A stretch of DNA of 64,000 nucleotides from an uncultured bacterium (GCA_963695095.1 CAVOFT010000001.1:416001-480000); one strand, 5' to 3'; positions 28,371 through 38,792 are shown, counted from the first letter of the stretch. Notes: generated from the letters alone by a model not told the origin. Made by a program: numbers and translations.

Positions 28371-29840
28371 ATGTTCAGAATCATCAGGTTAAGCGTTGTG
28401 TCGCTGGCCCTGCTGGCCGGGGCGCTGCTCTTCCTGACGGGTTGTGAAGGGGAGATGGGGCCGGCGGGCCAGAACGGCACCGACGGGGAGAACGGCCTGC
28501 TCTTCGACTGGACCTACGTGGGCGGGAACGGTCTGGCCTGCACGCATTGCCACTCCGATCTCAAGGAGGCCGTGCTGACGACGGCCCACACCCGCGCCTT
28601 CGACGACCTCGAGGTCGCCGACCAGAGCAACCCCTACTGCGTGAAGTGCCACACGACGGGCTGGGACAGCCCGGTCACCTACGGCCAGACCCAGATCACC
28701 GACTATGGCCCCGACATCTACGGCTACGACGACTACTTCGGCGTCGGCGGGGCGGCGGCCGCCAGCCGGCGCGCCATGCTCGAAGGCGTGCAGTGCGAGG
28801 CCTGCCACGGCCCCGGCGGTCCCAATCCGCTGGAGTTCACGCCGCGCATCTCCTTCGCCACCATCCTGGACGGCGACACCAGTGTCTCGCTCTGCGCGCC
28901 CTGCCACTCCGGGCAGCTCGGCGAGTACGCCACCTCGGGCCACGGCACCGTGGGCGGGCTGGATCAGGCGGACTTCCACGCCGAGTTCAGCCGCAGCTCC
29001 TGCCGGCCCTGCCACACATCCGAGGGCTTCATCTTCGCCAACGATCCGGCCTACGCCGACTACGAACTGCCGCAGGGCTACCTGCAGAACTTCATCGGCT
29101 GCGTGACCTGCCACGATCCCCACGCGGGCGAGGACGCGGGGGGCAATCCGCACCAGCTGCGCACGCTGACGGCGGTGGAGATCGTCAATCAGGCCGGCTA
29201 CGGGCCGGACGACGACATCCCCGCCATGTCCGGCTACGGCAATGCCCAGCTCTGCGCGCAGTGCCATCACGCCCGGCGCAGCGGTAGCCAGGTGGCAGAG
29301 CAGATCTCCCTGGGCAGCGAGCACTTCGGCCCGCACGGCAGCCCGCAGATGGACATGTTCATCGGCGCCGGCAGCCACGAGATCACCGGCTACAGCTACG
29401 AGCGCGATCATGCCCACAACGCCGGCATCGCCGACGCCTGCGTGAAGTGCCACATGGTGCGCGTGGCGGAGATCCACGGCACGAGCCAGGAGCACTCCTT
29501 CCACACCTTCCAGCCCACCGTGGACAACTGCCTGCCCTGCCACACCATCGCGGACTTCGACTACCACGGCATCCAGACCTACGTGCAGCAGCTGATGGAC
29601 GACCTGGCCACCCGCTTCGGCTTCGCCGATGCGGCGGCCATGCTGGACGAGGACACGGGCTGGGACTCGGTGAACACGGGCCCGAGCTGGGAGCCCTGGC
29701 AGCGGGAGGCGGCCTACGCGCTCTTCTTCGTGGCCAACGACGGCAGCCACGGCGTGCACAACCCGGCCTACGCCCTCGACCTGCTCCAGAACGCGATGGA
29801 CCACTACGACGCCAGCGACAAGCGGCTCACCGCCAGGTAG
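28371..29840 (+). CDS. Nonaheme cytochrome c lipoprotein
   Basis: Lipobox LTGC, collagen-like GxxGxxG linker, 9 CXXCH motifs, C-terminal DGSHGVHN helical tail. Confidence 0.9.
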   Translation: MFRIIRLSVVSLALLAGALLFLTGCEGEMGPAGQNGTDGENGLLFDWTYVGGNGLACTHCHSDLKEAVLTTAHTRAFDDLEVADQSNPYCVKCHTTGWDSPVTYGQTQITDYGPDIYGYDDYFGVGGAAAASRRAMLEGVQCEACHGPGGPNPLEFTPRISFATILDGDTSVSLCAPCHSGQLGEYATSGHGTVGGLDQADFHAEFSRSSCRPCHTSEGFIFANDPAYADYELPQGYLQNFIGCVTCHDPHAGEDAGGNPHQLRTLTAVEIVNQAGYGPDDDIPAMSGYGNAQLCAQCHHARRSGSQVAEQISLGSEHFGPHGSPQMDMFIGAGSHEITGYSYERDHAHNAGIADACVKCHMVRVAEIHGTSQEHSFHTFQPTVDNCLPCHTIADFDYHGIQTYVQQLMDDLATRFGFADAAAMLDEDTGWDSVNTGPSWEPWQREAAYALFFVANDGSHGVHNPAYALDLLQNAMDHYDASDKRLTAR

Positions 29841-29863
29841 TCGCTCGACACGGCGCTGCTCCG

Positions 29864-29895
29864 AAGCCCGCGGCCACCCGGCCGCGGGCTTTCTC
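29864..29895 (+). terminator. Hairpin terminator between convergent genes
   Basis: AAGCCCGCGGCC-accc-GGCCGCGGGCTT-TCTC. Confidence 0.75.
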
Positions 29896-29924
29896 ATGCC
29901 CGTCGTCGCGCGCTGCCGCTCGGC

Positions 29925-30395
29925 TCAGTCGCTGAAGGAGATCTCGTCGGGCAGTTCGTTGACGTCGTCCGCGCGATGGGGGAAGTGCGCGGCCAGGCGC
30001 TCGCCGACGCGGGCGATGCCGGCGGCGAGGCCCTCGCCGAAGCGATCCTCGGCGAAGTGGCCGGCCATCTGCGCCGCCACCTCCTGCCAGAAGCTCTCGC
30101 CGACCCGGGTGTGCAGGGCCTCGTCGCCGAGCACGGCGAAGCGCCGCGTGCGCGTGGCCAGGTAGAAGAGCACGCCGTTGCGCGCCTCGGTGGCGTGCAT
30201 GCCCATCGCCGCGAAGAGGGCGCGGGCGCGAACGTAGGGGTCGCCCGCCACCGGCGGCTTCTGCGGCAGGTCGCGCTCCATGTGGAGGCGGATCTCGCCG
30301 CTCGTGCGCAGCTCGGCGGCGCGGATCGCGGCGAGCACGGCCGCGCGCTCGTCGGTGCGCAAGAAGCCGCGGGGACGATCACTGCGCTTGGCCAT
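29925..30395 (-). CDS. TPM domain protein (DUF477-like)
   Basis: AIRAAELRTSGEIR, T..RNGVLFYLA, GDE..H, FW, HFP, NELPDEI. Confidence 0.9.
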   Translation of the reverse strand: MAKRSDRPRGFLRTDERAAVLAAIRAAELRTSGEIRLHMERDLPQKPPVAGDPYVRARALFAAMGMHATEARNGVLFYLATRTRRFAVLGDEALHTRVGESFWQEVAAQMAGHFAEDRFGEGLAAGIARVGERLAAHFPHRADDVNELPDEISFSD

Positions 30396-30397
30396 GC

Positions 30398-31171
30398 CTA
30401 CCACCCTCCGCTGGCGCCGCCGCCGCCGGAAAAGCCGCCCCCGCCCGAGAAGCCGCCACCGCCGCCGCCGCCGAAACCACCGCCACCGAAGAAGCCGCCC
30501 CCGCCGCGACGGCCGCGGCCGCCCAGGGCGGAGCCGATGATCAGAGGTCCGAGCAGCGAGCGCCGGCCGGCGCCGCTGAGCAACACGACGGCGATGATGA
30601 TCAAGGGCAGCAGGGGGACGCCACCGCCGCCCCGCTCCCGCCGCGCTCCCGCGATGCGGCCCTGGGCCAGCGGGTCCTCCGGCGCCACCCGCTGGGCCAC
30701 GCGCTGCACGACGAACTCGAAGCGTGCGCCCGCGGGTTCCCGGGGAAGCTGCTGCATCTCGCGCAGGATGCGCGAGGCGATCACATCCGGCAGCTGCTCC
30801 TCGAGCCCGTAGCCCACCTCGAGGCGGCTCGCCCGCTGCTGGGGAAAGACGGCGAAGAGCACGCCGCGGAAGTCGCCCTTGGTGCCCAGGCCCCAGTGCT
30901 CGTAGAGCGCCGCCGTGTAGTCCTCCAGGCCGCCCTCGTACTCGGGCAGCACGGCCACCACGAACTGGATGCCCGTGCGCTGCTCGAAGCCGTAGAGCGC
31001 GTCGGCGAGACGATCCACCTCGCCCGGCTCCAGCAGCCCGACGCGATCCTCGCAGTGCCGGGCTGGGGGCGCGGGCATCGCGGCCGCGGCCGGCTGACCG
31101 GCGGCGAGCGCGGCCAGCAGCGCCAGCGAGGCGATCGCGCGCTGGAGACCCGAGAGCGGCGGCATGCTCAC
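30398..31171 (-). CDS. TPM domain protein, YgcG family
   Basis: D.VGLL, WGLG, RLEVGYGLE..LPD, TM helix, Gly-rich GGFSGGGASGGW tail; start may be 31165. Confidence 0.9.
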   Translation of the reverse strand: MSMPPLSGLQRAIASLALLAALAAGQPAAAAMPAPPARHCEDRVGLLEPGEVDRLADALYGFEQRTGIQFVVAVLPEYEGGLEDYTAALYEHWGLGTKGDFRGVLFAVFPQQRASRLEVGYGLEEQLPDVIASRILREMQQLPREPAGARFEFVVQRVAQRVAPEDPLAQGRIAGARRERGGGGVPLLPLIIIAVVLLSGAGRRSLLGPLIIGSALGGRGRRGGGGFFGGGGFGGGGGGGFSGGGGFSGGGGASGGW

Positions 31172-31172
31172 C

Positions 31173-31778
31173 CTAGTTGCCGAAGTCCACCTTGGGCGCC
31201 TGAGCGGCCCCCTCGGCAGCCTCGAAGTAGGACTTGGCGTCGAACTTGAACAGGCCGGCGACGATGTTGCCCGGGAAGCGGCGGATCGCCGTGTTGTAAT
31301 CGCGGGCCAGATCGTTGAAGCGGCGCCGCTCGACGGCGATGCGGTTCTCCGTCCCCTCGAGCTGGGCCTGCAGGTCGAGGAAGTTCTGGTTGGCCTTGAG
31401 GTCCGGATAGCGCTCGACCACGACCATCAGCCGGGCAAGAGCCGAACTCAGCTCGCCCTGGGCCTGCTGGAACTGCTCCATCAGCTTGGGGTCGTTCAGG
31501 GCCTCCGGCGTGAGCTGGGCCTGAACCTGGGTGGCCTTGGCCCGCGCCTCGATGACGGCCGTGAAGGTCTCCTGCTCGTGGGCGGCGTAACCCTTGACCG
31601 TCTCCACCAGATTGGGGATGAGGTCGGCCCGGCGCTGGTAGACGTTCTCGACGTTGCCCCACTGGCCTTCGACGCCCTCCTGCAGGCCGACGAAGCTGTT
31701 ATACTTGCCGCTGAGGGTGCCGACGACGATGAGCAGCAGCACCACGATCACGACGAGCGCGAGCAAACCCTTCTTCAT
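31173..31778 (-). CDS. lemA: LemA family protein
   Basis: YQRRADLIPNLVETVKGYAAHE, ERYPDLKANQNF, LEGTENRIAVER. Confidence 0.96.
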   Translation of the reverse strand: MKKGLLALVVIVVLLLIVVGTLSGKYNSFVGLQEGVEGQWGNVENVYQRRADLIPNLVETVKGYAAHEQETFTAVIEARAKATQVQAQLTPEALNDPKLMEQFQQAQGELSSALARLMVVVERYPDLKANQNFLDLQAQLEGTENRIAVERRRFNDLARDYNTAIRRFPGNIVAGLFKFDAKSYFEAAEGAAQAPKVDFGN

Positions 31779-32024
31779 GAATCCTCTCCTGGGCCGGGGT
31801 GAGCGTTGGCGACGGGCGCAGCTACCCGCGCCGCGGCCAGTGTATTCGATGCTCCCGCGGATGGCAAACCCAGCCCGGCGGCGGGGCGGCCGAAGTCCCC
31901 CGTGCTCGCCGCGGAATTTTGGTGACAGGAACCCTGGCGCCTTGCCATGCTGCGCCGTTCACCCCGTGCCGCTCAGCGACGCGCGGGGCGATGCTGCTTG
32001 CCCGTGTCCACTCAGGGAGGCCCC

Positions 32025-32807
32025 GTGACAGCCCGAACCACGCCGATGCGGGTCTTCGTGGCCAGCGATGTGGGTCAGGTGAGGACCGAGAATCAGGATG
32101 CCTACTTCGCGGGGCCCATTCCCGAGGGCCGCGAGAAGAGCCACGGCCAGCTCCTGATCGTCGCCGACGGCATGGGCGGCCATGCCTCGGGCGAGGTCGC
32201 CAGCAAGCTGGCCGTGGAGACCATCCTCAAGGTCTTCTACGGCGAGCCGCTGGGCCCGGGCGCCGACCCCTCGCCGCTGCTCCGGCGCGCTTTCCAGGCG
32301 GCGAATCTGGCCATCCTCGAGGCCGGGCGGCGCGAGCAGCGCCACTTCGGCATGGGCACCACCTGCACCGCGCTGCTCCTGCGCGGCAGCCTGGCCTGGA
32401 CCTGCCACGTGGGCGACACGCGCGTCTACCGGTATCGCGACGCTGCGCTGGAGCAGCTCACGGAGGACCACACCCTGTTGCAGCAGATGATCGACGGCGG
32501 CCAGCTCCAGCCCGACGAGATCCTGCGCCGCTCGATCAAGCACATCCTCGTGCGGGCCATGGGCAGCGAGGAGCGCGTGCGCGTGGACGCCGACAAGGAG
32601 CCCTTCCCGGTGGCCGCGGGCGACGCCTTCCTGATGAGCAGCGATGGCCTGCACGATCTGCTCGGGCCGGAGGAGATCAGCGAACTGCTGGCGGAGCCGG
32701 ACGGCCAGGTCGCGGTGGAGGCCCTGACCGCGGCGGCCTGCATCGCCGGCGCGCCGGACAACGTGACCGTACTGCTCGCCCAGTGGGACGACAGCGAAGA
32801 GGAATGA
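32025..32807 (+). CDS. PP2C-type Ser/Thr phosphatase (Stp1/PrpC-like)
   Basis: SDVGQVRTENQD, VADGMGGH, GMGTT, HVGDTR, T.DH, SDGL, DNVT. Confidence 0.93.
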   Translation: MTARTTPMRVFVASDVGQVRTENQDAYFAGPIPEGREKSHGQLLIVADGMGGHASGEVASKLAVETILKVFYGEPLGPGADPSPLLRRAFQAANLAILEAGRREQRHFGMGTTCTALLLRGSLAWTCHVGDTRVYRYRDAALEQLTEDHTLLQQMIDGGQLQPDEILRRSIKHILVRAMGSEERVRVDADKEPFPVAAGDAFLMSSDGLHDLLGPEEISELLAEPDGQVAVEALTAAACIAGAPDNVTVLLAQWDDSEEE

Positions 32808-32811
32808 GCGA

Positions 32812-33474
32812 ATGAGCCAGGACATCCCGAGCGCCGGCGGCGACAAGCCGCGCGCCCCGCATCCCGTCTACCATTGCAGCGTCTGCACCAAGCCCCTGGC
32901 CTGGGACGGCGGGCGCATTCGACTCGTCTGCCGCGAGCCGGATTGCCGCGGCGACCGGCCGCGGCCGGCGCCCATCCGCCTGCGCGAGGGCGACGAGCAC
33001 GACCGCGTCGCCCTGCTGGCCGTCAGTCGGGACTTCTTCGGCAGCTCGCACCTGCACGCCTTCGGCGGCGTCTTTCCCCTGGCGAAGTGCGCCTTCCTGG
33101 TGGTGGAGTTCGACAACGAGCGCGCCGGCTTCCTTTCCTATGCCCTGCACTTCCCGGCCGAGGACGAGGCGGCAGTGATCCTGATGGCCGTGCTGCCCGG
33201 CTTCCAGGGCCGCGGCGTGGGCCGCGCCCTGCAGGGCGCGATGGACGCCGTCTGCCGCCCGCTCGGCATCCGGCGCATCCACATCGCCACCAGCAACGAC
33301 AACATCCCAGGGCTCTACTTCTACCAGCGGCTGGGTTACCGCCTGCGCAGCCTGCACGTGGGTGCCGCGGCCGCCGCGCTCGCCGAGCAAGGCGAGGCCG
33401 GGCAGGCCGGCTTCGGCGGCATTCCCATCCTCGACGAGCTGCACCTGACGAAGGAGCTGGGGCGCACGCCCTAG
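32812..33474 (+). CDS. GNAT acetyltransferase with N-terminal Cys motif
   Basis: FQGRGVGRAL, TSNDN..L.FYQRLGY, GFGGIPILDEL; N-terminal CSVC...CREPDC. Confidence 0.85.
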   Translation: MSQDIPSAGGDKPRAPHPVYHCSVCTKPLAWDGGRIRLVCREPDCRGDRPRPAPIRLREGDEHDRVALLAVSRDFFGSSHLHAFGGVFPLAKCAFLVVEFDNERAGFLSYALHFPAEDEAAVILMAVLPGFQGRGVGRALQGAMDAVCRPLGIRRIHIATSNDNIPGLYFYQRLGYRLRSLHVGAAAAALAEQGEAGQAGFGGIPILDELHLTKELGRTP

Positions 33475-33509
33475 GCGCGGCTGCGCCCGCGCGCGGCGGC
33501 AGCGCAGGT

Positions 33510-35825
33510 CTAGGACTGGAAGAGCACCTGCAGCTTGAGGAAGAGCTGTCGCTCCGCCTGCTCGTAATCCGAGGGCTCGCCGTAGTCGACGAAGCGGTGC
33601 GTGGAGCCCAGGTACAGCACGGTGAAGGGATTCACCTTGTAGCTGAGCAGGGGCTCGATGTCGTAGACCCCGTCGAAGTCGTCGTACTGCACGATCGTGC
33701 GCAAGAAAAGCTCGCGCGTGAGCTGCAGGTTCAGGCGCACGCGCGCGACGTAGCCGCGGAAGACCTCCTCGCCCGTGTCCGGATGCTCCATGCGCACCCA
33801 CTCCAGGCTGGGCGTGAGCACGGTGCGCTGGCCCAGGCGCAGCGTCGCCCAGCCCTCCAGCGCCACCTGGCGGCCGAGGAAGGGATCGGCGGTGCGGCGA
33901 ATCGTGTGCGCCCACTGCGCCTCCGCCCCGAACTGCGCCGCATTGGCCGGATTGCAGGAGAACTCCACGCTGGTGCGGCGGATGCCGTCGAACTGGACCC
34001 CTCGGTAATTCTCGGCGCTCCAGAGCTGCTCGACGTGCAGCTGCGTCTGCTTGATCAGGCTGAGGTCGAGCATGGGGATGAACCACTCGTCCTTCTGCTT
34101 GGAGCGGAAGTTCCAGACGCCGCCGGTCGCGAACTGCGGGAAGACGTTCTCCACCCAGCGACTCGCCGGCCGGAAGTTCCAGCCCGTCCAGGCGCTCATC
34201 TCGCGCCGGTTGCTGCTGCCGATGAAGCCGTTCTCGGCGCGGAAGGCGGGGCTGGTCTGGCGGATGTCGGCGTCGAAGTGCCAGTGGCGACCGTCGCGCT
34301 CGATGCTCGTGTAGATGGCATGGCCCGAGAAGCGCTCGCCGTCGAAGGCGGCGCTGTAGCGGCCGCCGTCGAAGCGCAGGTTCTGCTCCGCGAAGCCGGC
34401 CGTGAGCTGGCTGTCCACGGGCTCCTCCGTGTGGCTGGCCAGGACCTGGCACTCCCAGGCCCAGTTGTCGGCGAAGCGCAGCGACCAGTCGAGTCCGCCC
34501 ACGGTCCCCGAGCCGCTGTCGGTGGGCACGCGCAGGCCGTGCTTGTCGAAGTCGGCCCCGTGCCGGCGGTCCGTGAGCATCGCGCCGATGAAGGAGCCGC
34601 TGGCGAAGCTGCGGCGCAGGCGCAGGATGTTCGACAGGCTCTCGTCCCCGAGGAGAATGCGGCTCGATTCCTCGAAGGGGAGGATGAAGGGGCTGCGCTC
34701 GTCCTGCGCGGAGAGCAGGAGCAGCTCATAGGGCCCCCGCCGCGCCGTCACCTTGGCCGCCACGTAGGGGTCGTTGATCGAGCGGGTGTAGATGGCGTTG
34801 ATCCAGGAGTCGAACAGGTTGCTGCCGCGCTGGAAGAAGGGCCGCCGCTCCTCGTAGAAGAGGGCGAAGGGCGTGTTGACGTCGATCTGCGCCGCGTCGG
34901 ACTCCACCTGGCTGAAGTCCGGGTTCAGCGCCCCCTCGATGGCGAAGTTGGGGCCGAAGGCATAGGCGATGCCGAGACCGAAGTCGGCGCGGAAGTCGCC
35001 GGCCTGCCAGGGCGAATCCGGATCCTCCGCATCGGCCAGCCCCGAGGCCTGATGGGCGACCATGTCGGGCAGCAGGGAGAGGCCGCCGCCCGGCTCCACG
35101 GCGCGGATGCCGCTCAGGGTGCCGAACTGGCAGAACCAGCAGGCCTCGCCGCGGTCGAAGGCGGCCCAGGTGCTGCGCTCGCGGAAGTCACGCTTGCGAT
35201 CGCGCCAGAAGGTGGCCCGCCAGACCTGCTCCTCGCCCTCCGGGAAAAGCAGGCTGCTGAAGGGAATGGCCACTTCCACCTGGAAGCCGTCGGCCGTGAG
35301 CCGTCCCTCGGATGACCAGACCAGGTCGAAGCCCATGTCCTCGCCGCCGTTGGCCGTCATGCGCAGGTCGCCCTGGATGCCCAGCGGGTTGACGAAGAAC
35401 TCGTAGGCCCAGGCCTGGTCGCCGTAGGTGTCCAGGATCAGCCCCACGTAGTCGTCCTGCCAGATGGCGTCGCGATCGCGCAGGCCGGCGCGCACCAGGC
35501 TGGAGTCGTCCTCGGCGATGAAGGCGAGATAGAGATTGTGCGCGTCATAGGTGACGAGCACCCGGGTCTGCACCGGCGGCTCCGTGTGATCTCCCGGGCT
35601 GTTTTCGCAGAAGTTCTCCGCCACGGCGGCGCCGGCCCAGCCCGGATCGTCCAGCAGGCCGTCGATATGGATGGCGCCGGCGGCCGGGCGCAGCTCCAGC
35701 GTGGGGCGCCAGTTGGGGCTGAACTCCTCATCGGCGGCGCTCGGGAGGCTGAGGGCGACGAGCAGGGCGAGGGCGAGCGGGCAGAAGGCGGCGCGGGGGC
35801 GGATCCGGGGCGATCGTCCGAACAT
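33510..35825 (-). CDS. CBM9-like + DUF5916 exported (probable outer-membrane) protein
   Basis: IDGLLDDPGW, YD..NLY, VNPLGIQ.D, E.AIPFSSL.F, LNPDFSQVESD, FY.ERRPFF, YTR.I; AGGAG RBS. Confidence 0.85.
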   Translation of the reverse strand: MFGRSPRIRPRAAFCPLALALLVALSLPSAADEEFSPNWRPTLELRPAAGAIHIDGLLDDPGWAGAAVAENFCENSPGDHTEPPVQTRVLVTYDAHNLYLAFIAEDDSSLVRAGLRDRDAIWQDDYVGLILDTYGDQAWAYEFFVNPLGIQGDLRMTANGGEDMGFDLVWSSEGRLTADGFQVEVAIPFSSLLFPEGEEQVWRATFWRDRKRDFRERSTWAAFDRGEACWFCQFGTLSGIRAVEPGGGLSLLPDMVAHQASGLADAEDPDSPWQAGDFRADFGLGIAYAFGPNFAIEGALNPDFSQVESDAAQIDVNTPFALFYEERRPFFQRGSNLFDSWINAIYTRSINDPYVAAKVTARRGPYELLLLSAQDERSPFILPFEESSRILLGDESLSNILRLRRSFASGSFIGAMLTDRRHGADFDKHGLRVPTDSGSGTVGGLDWSLRFADNWAWECQVLASHTEEPVDSQLTAGFAEQNLRFDGGRYSAAFDGERFSGHAIYTSIERDGRHWHFDADIRQTSPAFRAENGFIGSSNRREMSAWTGWNFRPASRWVENVFPQFATGGVWNFRSKQKDEWFIPMLDLSLIKQTQLHVEQLWSAENYRGVQFDGIRRTSVEFSCNPANAAQFGAEAQWAHTIRRTADPFLGRQVALEGWATLRLGQRTVLTPSLEWVRMEHPDTGEEVFRGYVARVRLNLQLTRELFLRTIVQYDDFDGVYDIEPLLSYKVNPFTVLYLGSTHRFVDYGEPSDYEQAERQLFLKLQVLFQS

Positions 35826-36147
35826 CTTGCTCCTGTGAGATCGGCGGAGGCGAGTGGGGCAGCCCGGCCGGGTCGGTGGTCTTGGCATCCCGCCTTCCCG
35901 GCCGGGCTTTGCATGCGGCACCGGGTCCGCATACGAGGGCAATCTACGCCCCCTGGCAAGGGCTGTTTCTCGCGCCGGCGGCCTTTTTACGGCGGGATAC
36001 TGTTTTTACAGCCGGCGAAACCCGAGGCCCACCCCAGTGCGTAGGGGGGGCTTTGATTTCGGTTTGCATTCCGCGGCGCCGCGCTAGAATGGCCGGCGGG
36101 CCGCGCTGAGCGACCTGTAGCCGTCGTCGCACTCTCAGGAGGCAAGC

Positions 36148-38733
36148 ATGCTCATCTGTTCGCCGCGCAGCATCGGTCTGCGCCGCTGTATCACGCTCCT
36201 CGGATCCCTCTGGCTCGCGCTTGCGGGCCCGGCGCTCGCAGACACCCCGGATCATCCCCTCCTGCTGGAGCAGGTCGGCCTGGCCGAGCGCCTCGGCGCG
36301 CTGCCGGGCGTCGCGAACAGCGCCGCGGCAGGCTTCCTCAATCCGGCGGCCTGGTCGCTGCAGCGCAGCGGCGGACTCTACTTCTCCTGGACCGCGCCGC
36401 AGGGCGATCCCTACCCCGGCCTGGACTACAGCAACTTCACCGGCATGGCCAACTTCGGCGGCCTCGGCTTCGGCCTGCGCTATCGCAGCCTGGATGAGGC
36501 CTCCCATTACGCCTACACGCTGGGCCTGTCCGGCGGCGACCGCAGCCAGGCCACGGGCTTCTCCTACACCTGGACGCGCGGCGCGGAGAGCAGCTTCGGC
36601 GAGCAGAGCCTGCTCACGGCGGGCAGCATCCACCGCTGGCAGCACGTCTCCTTCGGCATGGCCGGATCCTACGACTTCGCCGCCGAGCACAGCCTCTACC
36701 AGGCGGACCTGGGACTGCGGCCCCTCGGCCCGCGCCTGACCCTCTTCGGCGGCGCTGCCTATGTCATTCCCCGCGAGGAGGACAAGGCCTTCGACGAGCT
36801 GGCCTTCAGCTTCGGCATCGAAGCGCGGCTGCTGCCGGGCCTCGAGATCGGCGCCCTGGCCCGCGACACCGGCGAGCTCAGCCTGCGCCTGGATCTCGCC
36901 ATCGGCGGCGGCAAGCCCGGCGGCGAGCCGATGCGCAGCGCCTTCGGCGCCCGCCTGCACCTTGACGACGAGCAGGAGCACGCGGCCACCACCTACAGCC
37001 TGGAGACCATGGCCGGTCCGCACCTGGGCCTGCTCGTCAGCAAGCCGAAGCACTACCCGGAGCTGGACCTCGGCGGCGAGCTGCCCTATCGCAGCTACCG
37101 CTTCTTCGACGAGCGCCGCCGCTTCTTCGACCTGCTCGGCGAGCTGGCCCGGCTGGCCGGCGACCCCAGCGTGGCCGGGGTGGTGCTGAACCTCTCGAAC
37201 CTGCAGGCGACCCCGGCCAATCTCTGGGAGCTGCGGGCCCAGCTCGCCGGTCTGCGGGCGGAGGGCAAGAAGGTGGTCGTCTACTTCGATCGGGCCGGCA
37301 TCCCGCTCTACATGCTGGCCACCGTGGCCGACGAGCTGTGGATGGACCCCCACGGCGACCTCGACATCAAGGGGCTGGCCTTCGGCCGCAGCTACTACCG
37401 GGCCATGCTCGACAAGATGGGCGTGGGCATCGACGAGTGGCGCTACTTCACCTACAAGTCGGCCATGGAGGGCTTCTCGCGCACCTCGATGTCGGACGCC
37501 GACCGCGAGCAGTTCACGGCCTTCATGGAGGACTGGTACGAGGCCGCCGTCGGCCTCATCCTCGAGGCGCGCGGCCTGGACCGGAGCGCCTGGGAACGGC
37601 TCATGAACGAGAAGGCCGAGCTGATCCCCGCCGAGGCCCTGGCCGCCGGTCTGGTGGACAAGCTGGGCGACTACCACGAGGCCAAGGAGGGCGCCCAGGA
37701 TGCGAAACGCCGCGCGAGCGGTGACGCGGCCGCCGCCGAGCTGACGGCGCTCCTGGGCGATCGCATCTGGGGCCCGGAGGCCTGGGGCGAGCCCCGGCGC
37801 ATCGCGCTGCTCTACGCCATCGGCGAGTGCTCGATGGACACGGGCATCCAGGGGCGCCGCCTGTCCAAGACCATCCGCGAGATGCGCGAAGACCGGCGCG
37901 TGGCGGCCGTCGTCATGCGCGCCGACTCGCCGGGCGGCGACTCGCTGCCCAGCGATCTCGTCTCCCGCGAGCTGAAGGCAACCGAGGAGGAGAAGCCGGT
38001 CTTCGTCTCCCAGGGCCAGGTGGCCGGCTCGGGCGGCTACTGGATCAGCATGCACAGCACGGCGATCTACGCCTCGCCCTTCACGCTGACGGGCTCGATC
38101 GGCGTGATCTCGGCGCACCTGTGGGACAACGGGCTGGGCGAAAAGATCGGCATGGACTACGACCACGTGCAGATCGGCGAGCACGCGGACTACCAGAGCG
38201 GGCCCGCGCTGCCGCTGATCGGCATCAACATCCCGCACCGGCCGGTCACCGCGGAGGAGCGGGCGCGTGGCGAGGCCCTGATGAAGACCCTCTACCGCAA
38301 CTTCACCGAGCAGGTGGCGGCCGGCCGCGGCATGACGCCCGAGGCGGTGGACGCCGTGGGCCAGGGCCGCATCTGGAGCGGCGAGGACGGCCTGGCCAAG
38401 GGCCTCGTGGATCGCGTCGACGGCCTCTGGGGCAGCCTGGTCGCGGCCAAGCGGGCGGCGGGCATCCCCGAGGCGAGCCCCGTCACCTTCGTCGAGGCGC
38501 CCTCGCTGGGGGCCTTCAACTTCGGCTTCCTGCAGCCGAGCATCCCCGGCTTCGGACTGCTTGCGCGTTTGACCGCGGGCGAGAGCGCGCCGGAGTCCCT
38601 GCTCAGCGGCGAGCCCTGGTCGCGCCTGCCCGCGAGCGAGCGCGGCTACCTCGAGCAGATCGTCGCCGCCGAGGGCGCCCCCCTCGTGACGATGCCGCCG
38701 CTCGCGATCGAGGGCCTGCGCCTGACGCCCTGA
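36148..38733 (+). CDS. sppA: Long SppA (S49 peptidase) with N-terminal beta-rich domain
   Basis: Signal peptide, NPA motif and beta-strand region, YKSAME, DSPGG, GSGGYW, TGSIGV, GRIWSG..GLVD. Confidence 0.88.
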   Translation: MLICSPRSIGLRRCITLLGSLWLALAGPALADTPDHPLLLEQVGLAERLGALPGVANSAAAGFLNPAAWSLQRSGGLYFSWTAPQGDPYPGLDYSNFTGMANFGGLGFGLRYRSLDEASHYAYTLGLSGGDRSQATGFSYTWTRGAESSFGEQSLLTAGSIHRWQHVSFGMAGSYDFAAEHSLYQADLGLRPLGPRLTLFGGAAYVIPREEDKAFDELAFSFGIEARLLPGLEIGALARDTGELSLRLDLAIGGGKPGGEPMRSAFGARLHLDDEQEHAATTYSLETMAGPHLGLLVSKPKHYPELDLGGELPYRSYRFFDERRRFFDLLGELARLAGDPSVAGVVLNLSNLQATPANLWELRAQLAGLRAEGKKVVVYFDRAGIPLYMLATVADELWMDPHGDLDIKGLAFGRSYYRAMLDKMGVGIDEWRYFTYKSAMEGFSRTSMSDADREQFTAFMEDWYEAAVGLILEARGLDRSAWERLMNEKAELIPAEALAAGLVDKLGDYHEAKEGAQDAKRRASGDAAAAELTALLGDRIWGPEAWGEPRRIALLYAIGECSMDTGIQGRRLSKTIREMREDRRVAAVVMRADSPGGDSLPSDLVSRELKATEEEKPVFVSQGQVAGSGGYWISMHSTAIYASPFTLTGSIGVISAHLWDNGLGEKIGMDYDHVQIGEHADYQSGPALPLIGINIPHRPVTAEERARGEALMKTLYRNFTEQVAAGRGMTPEAVDAVGQGRIWSGEDGLAKGLVDRVDGLWGSLVAAKRAAGIPEASPVTFVEAPSLGAFNFGFLQPSIPGFGLLARLTAGESAPESLLSGEPWSRLPASERGYLEQIVAAEGAPLVTMPPLAIEGLRLTP

Positions 38734-38762
38734 GGCGCGGCAGCAGCGATGCACCTGAAGAG

Positions 38763-38792
38763 CCGGACCGCGCCCGCGCGGTCCGGTTTTTT
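38763..38792 (+). terminator. Rho-independent terminator
   Basis: CCGGACCGCG-cccg-CGCGGTCCGG-TTTTTT. Confidence 0.85.

Noticed and set aside
31860..31910. c-di-GMP-I riboswitch (GGCAAACC)
   Set aside because: Lacks the GNRA loop/receptor and the downstream GCAAAGC element.
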